IMG/VR virus record: IMGVR_UViG_3300035557_000069
DNA from: a virus
Reading direction: 5' to 3' (one strand)
Length of the DNA: 64,000 nucleotides
The notes under the pieces: generated by a model
Told to the model about the DNA's origin: nothing
The model's input: the letters and a program-made list of their open reading frames with translations, nothing else
The model's database searches: none
Translations under genes and position numbers: made by a program
In this document: positions 62,325-64,000 of the stretch, one piece after another
Layout of the letters: each line of letters opens with the position of its first letter
Position numbering within the stretch: the first letter of the stretch is position 1

Positions 62325-64000
62325 TCATACGGCGCATTGACCTCCCGCGCAAGCTTGTTCACCTTGTAAATCTGTGTTGTCATCCCGTTCTATAACTTTC
62401 TTTATATCAATGTCGTGCATAAACGACATAAGACGGTCATACTCTTCTTTACTACAATCTTCGAAGGGAGCCTGTGGATAGTCGTGACCATCGTAAGGAA
62501 GAACTGAGATGCCATTATAGAACTCACGATTGTTCCACATCCACTTAGCGACTCTATCCCATTCGTGTTGCTTGATAGAGATAGTGCAAGAGACGTTGTG
62601 ATGATTGGCACCCGTCCTATAACCAGGTCTGACCCACTCTGTATTGAACTTCTTAACACGCTCAAGCAAGTCCATGACCTTCTCATTGCGAAGGATAGAA
62701 CCTTCTGGAGCTTTCTGTGGGAACGAGATAACAGACTCCAAATGTGGTTTGAACTTACAATCTTCCACCAACTCCGGAAAGTTCTCACTCATATAATGGA
62801 ATAGGGCTTCATTCTTTCCGACTCGCACTCGACGGATATAGTAGTCGTTGTGCCATGCGTGAATACCCGAGGAAGAGCCGACCACTAAAGACGATGTACC
62901 AGACGGCTTAACTGTCGTTGTTCTAGCCGCCGGCTGAATGTTCAGAAGATAAGCATACTTCCCGTTCGTTACTCTGACAACCTCGGCTGCCTCGCGAAGG
63001 TCTAGCTTGAGTACAGCACCCGAGGCAATACCAGTCATACCCACACCAATCAACGCCTCCTTGTCTGTGGTGTCTTTCCAGATGTTTCTCAAGTAGTGAA
63101 AGTTAGTGTATGCGGCTTGGAGAGTTCCAATAACTGCCGCGGCCTCGCAACGGTCATTGAGGTCCTTCTGGTCTTCAACATCGGAGACATTGACCTCTGT
63201 AAGATTACAGAACTGGTAAGGGTTCAAAGAGATTTCGCAACAGGGGTTGGTGAATACGTCCTTGTCGTTTGTCCAATAGAAACCGGGCTCACCCGCACCA
63301 GAGTTTTTGACAACTTCCCAAAGCTTCTGGAATTCTTCTTCTGTGACTTCACCGCGTGGTAGCACAACAGAGTTGTTTGACCTACCGCGTTGGGGGTTCA
63401 GTTCGTACCAAGAGTTTGTCTTACAGTAAAGCATATCAAGATCATCGCGGTCAAATCCACAAATCATGGCTGCCCGACGAATACCACCAGCTAGAACAGC
63501 GTCGGCAATGAAGCAACACATATCATAGACTTCTAGACTAGTGAGTTGGCGTCCGATGGCTCCGTTGAGAATAGAGCGCAAACGTTCAATGCAAATCTTG
63601 AGCGGATCGGGTCCAGGTGCCTTGCCACCAGATGTGACAAGACGGGCACCTTTCGGACGGATATCGCGGTAGTCAAACTCGGGATTAGACTTGCCCTTGG
63701 TATACGCTTTAATCAGGACCTTGATAGCATCCGCCCAACCTTCAATGCTATCACCAATCAGATAACGGCGTGGTCTGTCTGTTGGTCCGACGATAACAGG
63801 TAGCTTGCTGATATGATGCTTCTGAACAGAGAAACCAACACCCGTACCACCCAGAAGCAAAAACATCAGTTCTGCAAAGGCGAACGGATGCTCCATGGGC
63901 ATATAGGCGCAATTGAAAATCCTAGAATTGGAAATCTCAATAGGAGTACCAGCAAACTGCATTGACCTCATAGAGGGAAGCACTTTGCGTGGTATGATGA
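62325..64000 (-). CDS. Ribonucleotide reductase catalytic (large) subunit, partial. Its N-terminus lies beyond the right edge.
   Basis: Active-site motif NPCCEISL (N-x-C-x-E at the radical site). LGGTGVGFS. Redox-Cys region IFNCAYMP. C-terminal Cys pair (ACAGGQCAV). About 220 N-terminal residues expected for NrdA/NrdJ are missing, which fits truncation at 64000. Confidence 0.65.
   Translation of the reverse strand, partial: IIPRKVLPSMRSMQFAGTPIEISNSRIFNCAYMPMEHPFAFAELMFLLLGGTGVGFSVQKHHISKLPVIVGPTDRPRRYLIGDSIEGWADAIKVLIKAYTKGKSNPEFDYRDIRPKGARLVTSGGKAPGPDPLKICIERLRSILNGAIGRQLTSLEVYDMCCFIADAVLAGGIRRAAMICGFDRDDLDMLYCKTNSWYELNPQRGRSNNSVVLPRGEVTEEEFQKLWEVVKNSGAGEPGFYWTNDKDVFTNPCCEISLNPYQFCNLTEVNVSDVEDQKDLNDRCEAAAVIGTLQAAYTNFHYLRNIWKDTTDKEALIGVGMTGIASGAVLKLDLREAAEVVRVTNGKYAYLLNIQPAARTTTVKPSGTSSLVVGSSSGIHAWHNDYYIRRVRVGKNEALFHYMSENFPELVEDCKFKPHLESVISFPQKAPEGSILRNEKVMDLLERVKKFNTEWVRPGYRTGANHHNVSCTISIKQHEWDRVAKWMWNNREFYNGISVLPYDGHDYPQAPFEDCSKEEYDRLMSFMHDIDIKKVIERDDNTDLQGEQACAGGQCAV

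Overview
This window looks like 64 kb from a large T4-like (Straboviridae-type) myovirus. GC content is roughly in the low-to-mid 40s. Most genes sit on the minus strand, with one plus-strand block at 16.8–22.9 kb.

The left 16.7 kb is a late baseplate and tail module in T4-like order: gp53, a hub-like protein, an enlarged gp5 spike-lysozyme, gp25, gp6 and a gp7-like protein. Large repeat-containing fibre or wedge proteins sit downstream, and the module runs off the left edge. The plus-strand block holds more baseplate and tail-tube-junction proteins and a coiled-coil tape-measure-like protein.

From 23 kb onward the window is an early/middle region of mostly small minus-strand genes. Recognisable ones are gp32 ssDNA-binding protein, the gp59 helicase loader, a ClpP-like protease, a GH19 lysozyme, PhoH, dUTPase, a CheY-like receiver protein, an ATP-dependent DNA ligase and a DenV-like glycosylase. 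The same run also holds ThyX, a radical-SAM/SPASM enzyme, a metallophosphatase, a DNA methyltransferase, a vWA/DUF2828 protein, a PAAR spike-tip protein, a NadV-HNH-radical-SAM-NatV NAD-salvage block, an NT5C-like nucleotidase and a partial ribonucleotide reductase.

A family of at least six near-identical early promoter cassettes recurs in front of these genes. Each carries a 12-bp inverted repeat that reaches from the promoter spacer to the ribosome-binding site, like the promoter-early-stem-loop (PeSL) cassettes described for Vibrio and Aeromonas T4-type phages.

The most striking feature is at 51.66–52.0 kb on the minus strand: an ssrA (tmRNA)-like gene that appears circularly permuted (two-piece). 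A T-arm, 3' acceptor strand and ACCA end sit about 95 nt upstream of a matching 5' acceptor strand (GGGGGUG) and D-loop analogue (GUUUCGACUGGG). The acceptor stem retains the G3·U wobble and A73, which in E. coli are the identity elements for charging with alanine.

Other points worth a second look:
- a perfect 2 x 107-bp tandem duplication at 26.64–26.85 kb;
- an SPFH/prohibitin gene split by a frameshift;
- gp5 carrying an extra C-terminal M15 peptidase domain;
- a stand-alone phosphorylatable receiver (REC) domain protein;
- an HNH endonuclease and an RlmN/Cfr-like radical-SAM gene inserted between nadV and natV.

Every call rests on reading the sequence by eye and on motifs recalled from memory; no database search was run.
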